Shown here: piece by piece, positions 18,760 to 26,924 of the stretch
Layout of the letters: every line of letters begins with the position of its first letter
Numbering within the stretch: the stretch's first letter is position 1
NCBI RefSeq assembly: GCF_008065095.1
Contig: NZ_CP042911.1
Coordinates: 810,001 to 842,000, forward strand
Source of the DNA: Gemmata obscuriglobus
GTDB taxonomy: Bacteria; Planctomycetota; Planctomycetia; Gemmatales; Gemmataceae
Direction of reading: 5' to 3'
DNA: 32,000 nt
Notes under the pieces: model-generated
Seen by the model: only the letters and a program-made list of their open reading frames with translations
Database searches by the model: none
Told to the model about the DNA's origin: nothing
Position numbers and translations under genes: made by a program

Positions 18760-18871
18760 GGGCTTCGGGTCAAAAGTCGTCAGGTCAGCAAGTCGTAAAG
18801 TCACAAATTATCATTATCACTGGATTTGCGACTTTACAACTTTCGACGATCGGACTTTTGACCCGAAGCCC
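18760..18871. repeat. 112-bp nested imperfect palindrome immediately after the 18759 stop
   Basis: The outer arms GGGCTTCGGGTCAAAAGTC (18760-18778) and GACTTTTGACCCGAAGCCC (18853-18871) pair perfectly over 19 bp. The inner arms AAGTCGTAAAGTC (18790-18802) and GACTTTACAACTT (18830-18842) pair at 12 of 13 positions. The centre is AT-rich. Confidence 0.7.
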
Positions 18872-18948
18872 TGAGCCCGCGGCCGCGGGCCGGATTGCCG
18901 CCTCTCGTCGCCGGCCCGTCTCGGTCACGAACACCACATGCGCTCAAG

Positions 18949-18984
18949 AGCAGGGCCGACCGTTCGTCAACGGTCGGCCCTGCT
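18949..18984 (+). terminator. strong GC hairpin, candidate intrinsic terminator
   Basis: AGCAGGGCCGACCGTT-cgtc-AACGGTCGGCCCTGCT: a perfect 16-bp stem and 4-nt loop, followed by cctttcc, which is only a weak T-tract. Confidence 0.45.
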
Positions 18985-19161
18985 CCTTTCCTGCTACACA
19001 TGGAAAAAATTCCACAGCAAGCTCAATCATGATTCAGAATTAACCGCTGCCGGTGGTTTTCGTGCCGACCTTGGGCGCGCGTCGGCCGCCTGATGTGATA
19101 GCCTTAGCCATACGATTACCCGTACAGGGATCATTTCGGGCTCCGCACCCTCGCGGCCCTG

Positions 19162-22100
19162 TTGGCAGCAGGGAGCGTTTACGGATTACTTCCTGTGGAC
19201 GATCCCGCACTCGTTTTGCCCGATCGCCGGTTCCACCAGTTCAGCCGTGCGGTCGCAGCCGTGACCGGAGGCCTCGGGGCTGTTATTCTGGTCGGGTGGC
19301 TGGCCGCTGGGCGGGCGATGGCCGACCTGCCGGATTTTCTGGTCGTGAAGGCGAACACGGCCCTCGCGTTCGTGGCGACCGGGGGCGCGCTGTGGCTGCT
19401 GGTTCCGAGCGCGCGCAGTAAGGCCGGGAGGGCGGCCGCGGCCTTCTCCGTCCTCATCGGGCTCGTGACCCTCATCGAACACGCGTTCGGTTGCGATCTC
19501 GGCATTGATGGGTTACTCGTTCGCGCCGGGCCGGACGCGGACGGTACGATCCCCAAGCGCCTGGCGCCCGCCACCGCGGCCAACTTCGTACTGCTCGGTT
19601 CGGCCCTGCTGCTGCTCGACGCGCCGACGGTTCGGGGCTGGGTGCCCGCGCACCTGGCGGCCGTCCTCGCCGCTCTCGTCGCCCTTACCGCTTTGGCGGG
19701 ACACACGTACGGCGTCGAGGCGCTCTACCGCACGGGGGCATACGCCTCGGTCTCCATCCAGACGACCGTTGCCTTCATCATCCTGGCGCTCGGTGTGTTC
19801 GCCGCCCGCCCGCGCCGGGGCGTGGTCGTTCTGTTCGCGAGCCGAACGGCCGGCGGCTTGGTCGTGCGCCGGCTGCTCCCGCTGGTGTTCGTCGCGCTGT
19901 TCACCCTCGGCGCGGTGCGACTCGCGGGGGAGCGGGCCGGCTACTACGACACCGCGTTCGGGCTGGCGCTGATGGTGGTGAGCGGCGGAACCGTGTTCGC
20001 GGTTATGGTCCTCTGGACCGGGTGGGCCGCGCACGCACTCGATCTGCGGCTCCGCGCGGCCGAGCAAGTCGCCCACGACCGGGCGGAACTGCTCCGGGCG
20101 ACGCTCGCGAGCATCGGGGACGGGGTCATCACCACCGACCCGGAGGGCCGGGTCGTGTTCCTGAACGCGACCGCCCAGGCGCTCACCGGGTGGACGCAGC
20201 CCGAGGCAACGGGCCGGCCGCTGGAGCACGTGTTCGACATCGTGAACGCGGACACCCGGCAGCCGGTCGCGAACCCGGCGCGCCGGGCGCTGGCGGAGGG
20301 GACCGTCGTCGGGTTGGCGAACCACACCGTCCTGCTCGCGCGCGACGGGACCGAGCGGCCGATCGACGATTCGGCCGCGCCGATCCGCACCGTCGCGGGC
20401 GCGATCGGCGGGGCCGTCCTGGTGTTCCGGGACGTGACCGAGCGGTACGCCGCCGAAGAACAACTGCGCCAGGAGCGGGCCCTCCTGCGCACCCTCATTG
20501 ACGCGCTGCCCGATGCGGTCTGGACGAAGGACGCCGGGGGCCGGTTCGTGGTCAGCAACCGGGCGCACGACGAGATGGCCAGGGCGGTGCACGAATCGGG
20601 GGCGGTGGGTAAGACGGTGTTCGATCTGCACCCGCCGGAGCTGGCCCGGCAGTACGAGGACGACGACCTCCGGGTGCTGCGCCAGGGAGAGACGGTATTC
20701 AATAAGGAAGAGCGGGTGCGCCACCCGCGGGGCGGGGAGCGGTGGCACCTGACCACCAAGGCGCCCCTGCGCGACCGCGCCGGCAACGTCACCGGCCTGG
20801 TCGGCGTCAGCCGCAACATTCAGGCGCGCAAGGAGGCCGAGGAGGCGCTGCGGGCGAGCGAGGCCATCTTCCGCGGCGCGTTCGAGGACACGAACCTCGC
20901 GATGGGCATCGCCGACCTCGAGCACCGGTTCATCCGGGTCAACGCGGCCCTCGCCCGGCTGCTCGGGTACACGCGCGAGGAGCTGCTGGCGCGGTCCGTG
21001 TTCGACGTCGTGCACCCGGACGACCGGGACGAGAGCCGCGCCCGTCGGGAATGGCTCCGGGGCGGCGCGATCCACTTCGTGCAGGAAAAGCGGTACGTCC
21101 GCCGCGACGGCCGCGTCCTGTGGTGCGTCACCAACGTGTCCCTCGTCCGCGATGCCGACGGCCGGCCGCAACTGTACGTCGGGCAGATGCAGGACGTGAC
21201 CGCGCAGAAGCAGGCCGAGAGCGAGCTGCGGGCCAGCGAGGGGCGGTTCCAGGCGTTCTTCGACACGACCACGGTCGCGATGGTCGAGACCTCGCCGGAC
21301 GCACACTACCTTCGGGGGAACGCCGCGTTCTTCCGGATGTTCGGCTACGCCCCCGAGGACCTTCCGGCCCTGACCATCGCCGACGTTCTGTTCCCCGAGG
21401 ACCGGGAGGCGGCCCTCGCCCAGTACGCCCGGACCGCGCGGGGCGAGGTGCCGTCCTACGCGGCCGACCGCCGCTACCGGCGGAAGGACGGTTCGGTGCT
21501 GTGGGGGCAGGTGAGTGTGGTCGCCGCCCGCGACGAGAAGGGCACGCCGAATCTGGTGACGGCCGTGATCGTCGACATGACGGAGCGGAAGAAGCTGGAG
21601 GAGCAGTTCCAACAGGCGCAAAAGATGGAAGCGGTGGGGCGCCTGGCGGGCGGGGTGGCGCACGACTTCAACAACCTGCTCACCATCATCAACGGGTACG
21701 GGCAGATCCTCCTCGAGCAGCTCACGATCGGGGGGCCGGCCCGCGACATGGTGCAGCAGATGACCGCCGCCGGCGAGCGGGCCGCGGGGCTGACGGCGCA
21801 GCTGCTGGCGTTCAGCCGCAAGGCCATCGTCGCCCCCAAGGTGATCGACCTGAACGAGGTGGTGACCCAGGCCGCCAGCCTGTTGCGGCGGCTGATCGGC
21901 GAGGACATCATCCTCACAACCGCCCTGGCGAACGACCTGAGCCGGGTGACGGCGGACCCGACGCAAGTGGAACAGGTCCTCCTGAACCTGGCGGTGAACG
22001 CGAAGGACGCGATGCCCCGCGGCGGGCGGCTGACCATCGAGACGCGGAACGTGCGGCTCAACCGGGAGATGCCGGCGTGGCCCGACTGCCCCCCGGGCGA

Positions 22101-22737
22101 CTACGTCCAGTTGGCCGTTTCGGACACGGGCGTGGGGATGACGGAGGAGGTGAAGGCCCGGCTGTTCGAGCCGTTCTTCACGACGAAGGAAGTCGGCAAG
22201 GGAACCGGGCTGGGGCTGGCGGTGGTACACGGCGCGGTCAAACAGAGCGGCGGCCGGGTGGACGTGTACAGCGAACTCGGCGTCGGCACCACCTTCAAGA
22301 TCCTGTTGCCGGCCAGCGGCGACCCGCCCAGCCGCGAGCCCGTGGTGCGGTTCGCCCCGCGGGGCACCGAGACGGTGCTGCTGGTCGAGGACGAGGACGG
22401 GGTGCGCCAGTTCTCCCGGCTCGCACTGGAGACGCAGGGGTACACCGTCCTGGAAGCGGCGAACGGGTTCGACGCGCTGGCGGCGGCCGACGCGCACGCC
22501 GGGCCGATTCACCTGCTGCTGACGGACGTGGTGATGCCCCGAATGAGCGGCCGGGAGGTGTCCGAAGCGGTCCGCGCGCGGTACGAGGGGGTGAAGGTGC
22601 TGTACGTCAGCGGGTACACCGACGACGCCGTGGTGCGGCACGGCATCGTCGAAGCGACCGACGCGTTCTTGCAAAAACCGTTCACGCCTTGGTCACTGGC
22701 CCGGAAGATCCGAACCGTGCTCGATGCGAGTTCATGA
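19162..22737 (+). CDS. hybrid sensor histidine kinase: polytopic N-terminal sensor, four PAS modules, HisKA/HATPase, C-terminal receiver
   Basis: 1191 aa. The first ~290 aa contain about 8 hydrophobic helices. Four PAS-like units start near LRATLASIGDGVITTD, LRTLIDALPDAVWTKD, FRGAFEDTNLAMGIAD and FQAFFDTTTVAMVETS. Kinase motifs: H-box HDFNNLLTIINGY, N-box LNLAVNAKDAM, G1 DTGVGM, G2 GTGLGLAV. Receiver: VLLVEDEDGVR ... LLLTDVVMPRMSG ... LQKPF. Confidence 0.92.
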   Translation: MAAGSVYGLLPVDDPALVLPDRRFHQFSRAVAAVTGGLGAVILVGWLAAGRAMADLPDFLVVKANTALAFVATGGALWLLVPSARSKAGRAAAAFSVLIGLVTLIEHAFGCDLGIDGLLVRAGPDADGTIPKRLAPATAANFVLLGSALLLLDAPTVRGWVPAHLAAVLAALVALTALAGHTYGVEALYRTGAYASVSIQTTVAFIILALGVFAARPRRGVVVLFASRTAGGLVVRRLLPLVFVALFTLGAVRLAGERAGYYDTAFGLALMVVSGGTVFAVMVLWTGWAAHALDLRLRAAEQVAHDRAELLRATLASIGDGVITTDPEGRVVFLNATAQALTGWTQPEATGRPLEHVFDIVNADTRQPVANPARRALAEGTVVGLANHTVLLARDGTERPIDDSAAPIRTVAGAIGGAVLVFRDVTERYAAEEQLRQERALLRTLIDALPDAVWTKDAGGRFVVSNRAHDEMARAVHESGAVGKTVFDLHPPELARQYEDDDLRVLRQGETVFNKEERVRHPRGGERWHLTTKAPLRDRAGNVTGLVGVSRNIQARKEAEEALRASEAIFRGAFEDTNLAMGIADLEHRFIRVNAALARLLGYTREELLARSVFDVVHPDDRDESRARREWLRGGAIHFVQEKRYVRRDGRVLWCVTNVSLVRDADGRPQLYVGQMQDVTAQKQAESELRASEGRFQAFFDTTTVAMVETSPDAHYLRGNAAFFRMFGYAPEDLPALTIADVLFPEDREAALAQYARTARGEVPSYAADRRYRRKDGSVLWGQVSVVAARDEKGTPNLVTAVIVDMTERKKLEEQFQQAQKMEAVGRLAGGVAHDFNNLLTIINGYGQILLEQLTIGGPARDMVQQMTAAGERAAGLTAQLLAFSRKAIVAPKVIDLNEVVTQAASLLRRLIGEDIILTTALANDLSRVTADPTQVEQVLLNLAVNAKDAMPRGGRLTIETRNVRLNREMPAWPDCPPGDYVQLAVSDTGVGMTEEVKARLFEPFFTTKEVGKGTGLGLAVVHGAVKQSGGRVDVYSELGVGTTFKILLPASGDPPSREPVVRFAPRGTETVLLVEDEDGVRQFSRLALETQGYTVLEAANGFDALAAADAHAGPIHLLLTDVVMPRMSGREVSEAVRARYEGVKVLYVSGYTDDAVVRHGIVEATDAFLQKPFTPWSLARKIRTVLDASS

Positions 22738-22882
22738 TTTACGGTTCGGTCGTCGGTGCCTGTTTTGGCTGCCGCCGTTGCGGCGCATACGCTTCGCATC
22801 CACGTGCCCGGTAGTCGTGTCACATTTGCCGTTCCCACACGGGAGACAGTCGTTTCAAGTTGGTGCAGCGTATCCGTGCGTT

Positions 22883-23031
22883 GGCCGTTGAGTGTGGTCC
22901 GCTCACTCCGTGAGCGGTCGCTCGTGGTGTCGGGTGCGCGTGGCGCACAACGCCGGGGCCGGCAAGCCCGCGGAGCGAATCGGATGCGCGGAGCGACCGC
23001 TCACGGAGTGAGCGGACCACACTCAACGGCC
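22883..23031. repeat. 149-bp element bounded by perfect 41-bp inverted repeats (MITE-like or structured RNA)
   Basis: The left arm GGCCGTTGAGTGTGGTCCGCTCACTCCGTGAGCGGTCGCTC (22883-22923) is the exact reverse complement of 22991-23031. One more flanking pair makes 42 bp. Each arm contains its own hairpin (CCGCTCA-ctccg-TGAGCGG). The 67-nt spacer contains GTGCGC-gtg-GCGCAC. Confidence 0.8.
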
Positions 23032-23104
23032 AGAATCGCGCTGCGCGAGATTGAAACGGCTGAGAGGGTGTTGAGGGGCAATTCGCTCACCGCTGTTGCC
23101 CGAA

Positions 23105-23168
23105 CGCGCACCCGTTGAACACGCCCGGTCGCACGAGGGGGCGACCGGGCGTGTTCAACGGGTGCGCG
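23105..23168 (+). promoter_or_regulatory. perfect 28-bp-stem hairpin ending 8 nt before the phosphoesterase ORF start
   Basis: CGCGCACCCGTTGAACACGCCCGGTCGC (23105-23132), loop acgagggg, then the exact complement at 23141-23168. The track's start codon is at 23176. Confidence 0.6.
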
Positions 23169-23175
23169 CGATACA

Positions 23176-24057
23176 ATGGGCGTACATCCCGCTCGCCGAG
23201 GACCGCCAGTGCCCGCCCCCGATCGCATGCTGACGCACCTGCGCCAGGCCCTCGCGCTGGTCCGCGCGACCCCGGGCCGCCGCGGGCACACGGTGAGCCT
23301 GGAGAACTGCACCGACGTGCTGGTTGCCGGCGACCTGCACGGGCACGTCGGGCACTTTCAAGCGCTGCTCAAACTCGCCGACCTCGCGGCTCACCCGACC
23401 CGGCACTTCGTGCTCCAGGAGGTGATTCACGGGAAGTTCCGCTACCCGAAGGGCGGGGACAAGTCGCACCAGCTCGTCGATCTGTTCTGCGCGCTCAAGG
23501 GGCAGTTCCCCAAACAGGTCCACTACCTACCGGGGAATCACGAACTGGCGCAGTGGACGAACCGGCCCGTAATGAAGGCCGACGAGAACCAGAACCGGCG
23601 GTTCGAGGAGGGGGTGACGGAGGCCTACGGCCCGGCGTTCGGCCCGCAGATCTACGCGGCCTACCTGGACCTGTTCCGGGCGCTGCCGGTCGCGCTCCGC
23701 ACCCCCAGCGGGGTGCTGATCACGCACAGCCTCCCGGCGGCGCGGTTCCTTCCGGTGTTCGACCCGGCGCGTCTGGAGACCGAGGCCTACCGAGACGAAG
23801 ACCTGCAGGCCGGCGGGGCGGTCCATAGTCTGCTGTGGGGCCGCGACACCAGCGCCGACGCGGCGGCCAACTTCCTCCGCAAGATGGGGTGCGACCTGCT
23901 GGTGAGCGGGCACATCGCCAGCGAGGACGGGTTCCTGGTGCCCAACGACCGGCAGGTGATCGTCGACTGCGCCGAATCGCCCGCGGGGTTCGTGCTGTTC
24001 CCCGCCGATCGCGTTCTGACGCACGCCGAACTGGTCGCGTGCGTCAGAACGCTGTGA
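23176..24057 (+). CDS. PPP-family-like metallophosphoesterase (Ser/Thr phosphatase / ApaH-like fold)
   Basis: VLVAGDLHGH (GDxHG) and HYLPGNHELAQ (GNHE) sit at PPP-typical spacing. The position of the GDxxDRG motif reads FVLQEVIHG. An alternative start is ATG 23227 (MLTHLRQ). Confidence 0.75.
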   Translation: MGVHPARRGPPVPAPDRMLTHLRQALALVRATPGRRGHTVSLENCTDVLVAGDLHGHVGHFQALLKLADLAAHPTRHFVLQEVIHGKFRYPKGGDKSHQLVDLFCALKGQFPKQVHYLPGNHELAQWTNRPVMKADENQNRRFEEGVTEAYGPAFGPQIYAAYLDLFRALPVALRTPSGVLITHSLPAARFLPVFDPARLETEAYRDEDLQAGGAVHSLLWGRDTSADAAANFLRKMGCDLLVSGHIASEDGFLVPNDRQVIVDCAESPAGFVLFPADRVLTHAELVACVRTL

Positions 24058-24188
24058 GCCCGCGAGTGCCGCGGTGCCGATTGATAAGTCGCTGCGGAGC
24101 TGCGAGGTGGGGTTCTACTTTCGCTGCACCGCAGGCCGGCGCAACGACGAGGCCAGCGCCGGAGCGCCGGCCCGTGCGACAGCAGATG

Positions 24189-26531
24189 TTACGGCTTGGC
24201 CGGCTTCGGCGCGATCGATGGGACTACCTTGAGTTCGATTACGTCCTGAGCTTTTGTTTCGGTTCCGGCGAGTGCCCGGGCAACCGCGACCCACACCGTC
24301 TTACGGTCCGCGGCGGCGCCGACGGCGGCCTTGGCCAACTTCTTCTCCGCGTCGGTCGGGAGCCGGCTCTGGGTCGCCAGTGTGACCGCCTCCAGTAGCG
24401 CGTCGTCTGACTTTTGAGCGGCGATCAGCTCCCCGACCAGCTTCTCGAGCTTGTCGGACTTCAGTTGGGACGTGACGACCACTTTCGTGCCCTGAACCGT
24501 GACCGGCGGCGCGGGCGGGGCCGGCGGCTTCGGCGGCGTGGCCACACCGGTGACCGTAACCGTCGGCGGCTTCGGCGGCGCGGGCGGCTTCGGGGCGTTC
24601 GGCGGAAGCGGCACGACGAACGGCTGCACCTTGAGATCGAGGGTGGACTTGCCTTCCACGACCTTGGGCGTCACGAAGTAGAAGAAGTCGGCCTCTTTCG
24701 CTGCGAGCGGGGCGCCGGGCGCGAGCATCTTCTTCTTCCACTCGTCGCCGAGCTTCTTCGCAACGGCGGGCTCTTTCAGCAGCGTGTCGAGTAGCTTCTC
24801 GCGCTTCTTCGGGTCCTTGTCCTCGGTGAAGTACTTCAGCTCCAGCGCGGTCGGGGCGGTCCCGCGGGCGTCGGTCAGAACGCGCTTGAGGAACTCCGCG
24901 TCGGACCCGGGCGCGACGTTCACGACCGCTCGGAACTTGACGGTCTGGTTGGTTTGCTGGTTCTTATCGTCCGGAGTCGTACCCCACACCGTGAACACAT
25001 CTTCGACGCGGTACTCGGCCGCCGCTTCCGGCTTCGCGTCGTCCGACCGCACCCGCCGCAGAACGACCGTCTTCTTCGTTCCGTCGGCCGGGGGTTGGGG
25101 CTTGGCGGCGCCGGGTTCGCTGCTCTTGACGTCGTAGACGACCCCTTGAACCGTCGGGGCGATGGTCACATCGGTGGTGATCTCGTCCTGCAGAACGTCT
25201 GTCGTGATCGCCAGATCAGGTGCGGACAGTTCGATCGTGTCGGCGAACTTCGCCACCATGTTCGGGTCGATGAGCGACACGGACCGGCCGTCGGCGGAGA
25301 GCTTCGCGCGGAGCACCCGCACCCGCTCGACCGGCACGCCGAGCTTTTTCGCGGCCGCGACCCGCCGCTCCTCGTCGTCGGTGATCCACTCGATCACCTT
25401 GGCCCGCTTCCCCGCGTCCGGGTCGGACACGAAGAACCAGGTCTCGACGGGCGTCGGCACCGTGCCCCGCACATCGAGGCTGAGCCGGCGCAGGAACAAG
25501 GCGTCGTCCGGCACGGGGTCCGCTTGCACCCGCTCCTTGAGCCGGACCGTGCCGGCGTGCCCGTCCGGTGCCGGTGTGGTCGCGGTGACCGTGACTGTAG
25601 CCGTCCCCTCGCCGGCCGCCGCGGGGACGAGCCCCACGCCGAGCCCGGTCGTGAGCGCCAGTGCGACGGCGGCGACCACCGTGACCGCCTTCAGTTTGGC
25701 GAGCATCATCATTTGCATCACCCCTTCGGATAGTTGAACGGCTTGCGCGGACACAGCCGCCCCGACGGCCCCGCCCGCCGCCACCGCCTCGGCCGCCCGG
25801 GCGACGCCCGCGGCCAGCGCGTGCGGCACCGCGGACGCACTGGCGTGCGTGACGAGCAGCCCGGCGAGCGCGCCGCCGGACAGCGTAACGCCCCGGCGGG
25901 TGAGCCGGGCCGCGAGCGAGCGGCGGGCCGCCGCCAGGCGCGTCGCGAGCGTCGCTGGCGGCACCCCGAGCTGCCGGGCCACCTCGCGCTGGGGGCGCCC
26001 CTCGAGGTCGCACAGCACCACCGCGGTCCGGAGCTTTTCCGGCAGCCGGGCGAGTTCCTCGTCGATGACGGGTTGAACGTCGCCCCACGCGAGCGCGGCG
26101 GGCGGTGCGGGCGGTTCGGGCATGACATCTACCTGCTTTTCGCGGGACCGGCGGCGAGCCAGAACCATTCGGGCCTTGAGCGCCGTGCGGTACGCGATCC
26201 CGTACAGGTACGCGCCGACCCGCTCCCGGGGCCGCACGCCGGCCGCGCGCCGGGCGAGCACCAGGAACACCGCCTGGAACGCGTCGTCTGCGGTAGCGTG
26301 ATCGGGGATCAGCCGCCGGCACACCCCGAGCACCATCGGCCCGTGCCGGCGCACCAGCTCCGCGAATGCGTCCCCGCTGGCCGACGCGACGAACGCGGTG
26401 AGCAACTCGCCGTCGGTGCGCGCGGCCGTCTGGCGGCCCAGTACGACCCGCCGGAGGGTCGGCATCAGGCGATCGGCGTGTCTGGTCGGCATGGGAAACC
26501 TGTCGGGGAAGTTCGGGGTTTCGCGTCCCAA
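24189..26531 (-). CDS. ECF (sigma-70 group 4) sigma factor fused via a TM helix to a ~480-aa extracytoplasmic repeat region
   Basis: Region 2: FAELVRRHGPMVLGVCRRLIPDHATADDAFQAVFLVLARR. Region 4: LPEKLRTAVVLCDLEGRPQREVARQLGVPPATLATRLAAARRSLAARL. TM: MMMLAKLKAVTVVAAVALALTTGLGVGLV (aa ~276-302). There are two DUF1549-type motifs, FLRRLSLDVRGTVPTPVETWFFVSDPDAGKRAKVIEWI and FLKRVLTDARGTAPTALELKYFTEDKDPKKREKLLDTLL, plus PPKPPAPP linkers. The track start is TTG 26531; ATG 26492 or 26465 are alternatives. Confidence 0.85.
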   Translation of the reverse strand: MGRETPNFPDRFPMPTRHADRLMPTLRRVVLGRQTAARTDGELLTAFVASASGDAFAELVRRHGPMVLGVCRRLIPDHATADDAFQAVFLVLARRAAGVRPRERVGAYLYGIAYRTALKARMVLARRRSREKQVDVMPEPPAPPAALAWGDVQPVIDEELARLPEKLRTAVVLCDLEGRPQREVARQLGVPPATLATRLAAARRSLAARLTRRGVTLSGGALAGLLVTHASASAVPHALAAGVARAAEAVAAGGAVGAAVSAQAVQLSEGVMQMMMLAKLKAVTVVAAVALALTTGLGVGLVPAAAGEGTATVTVTATTPAPDGHAGTVRLKERVQADPVPDDALFLRRLSLDVRGTVPTPVETWFFVSDPDAGKRAKVIEWITDDEERRVAAAKKLGVPVERVRVLRAKLSADGRSVSLIDPNMVAKFADTIELSAPDLAITTDVLQDEITTDVTIAPTVQGVVYDVKSSEPGAAKPQPPADGTKKTVVLRRVRSDDAKPEAAAEYRVEDVFTVWGTTPDDKNQQTNQTVKFRAVVNVAPGSDAEFLKRVLTDARGTAPTALELKYFTEDKDPKKREKLLDTLLKEPAVAKKLGDEWKKKMLAPGAPLAAKEADFFYFVTPKVVEGKSTLDLKVQPFVVPLPPNAPKPPAPPKPPTVTVTGVATPPKPPAPPAPPVTVQGTKVVVTSQLKSDKLEKLVGELIAAQKSDDALLEAVTLATQSRLPTDAEKKLAKAAVGAAADRKTVWVAVARALAGTETKAQDVIELKVVPSIAPKPAKP

Positions 26532-26924
26532 GTTGAGGACGGGGCGTCGTGCCTTCGCTCGAACTCGGACCGTGGAACCCGGAACGCTTCCTGTGTCCGC
26601 TACCGTGTCTTGCCCGCGACCGCGGGCGCGCTCGGAAAAATTTTCCGGCGCCGAAGGATCTGGTGCATCATAGCCGGCGGGGCCGGGGCTTTTCGATTAC
26701 GGCGTCCGATCCGGTCGCGCCTCGTAAAGGCCCTTTACGCGAGCCGGTGAGCGGCGGTTAAGAACCGGGAGAACCCGGCACCGGTCGCGGTTATACTGAT
26801 CCCAGCCGTTTCCCGTTCCGTGCTCCAAGTTCCGAGCCGGGAACCGGCCCGGATTGGGCCGCCGGGCGCGACAGGTCCGGCGCCGGAGCCGACATCAACC
26901 CGTGGTACCTGCGGACGGGGCGTC

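Noticed and set aside
19513-22674. 1053-aa ORF on the - strand, plus 690-aa and shorter + strand ORFs
   Set aside because: It is antisense or out of frame to the histidine-kinase gene, which carries unambiguous PAS, H-box, N/G-box and receiver motifs. The shadow translations are R/G/P/H-rich.
22851-22861. The 11-mer CGTTTCAAGTT is shared with 31456-31466, and CAAGTTCCGAG-like strings are shared between 26825 and 31461
   Set aside because: Exact 11-mer coincidences are expected many times among all position pairs of a 32-kb window on two strands. I therefore did not treat the shared string itself as evidence. Only the local pentamer clustering is reported.
26820-26924. Upstream GTG-initiated extension of the first cluster gene
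   Set aside because: The 35 extra codons are Pro/Gly/Arg/Thr-rich, precede the hydrophobic anchor, and overlap the GTTCC/GGAAC motif region. ATG 26925 is preferred, though this is not proven.
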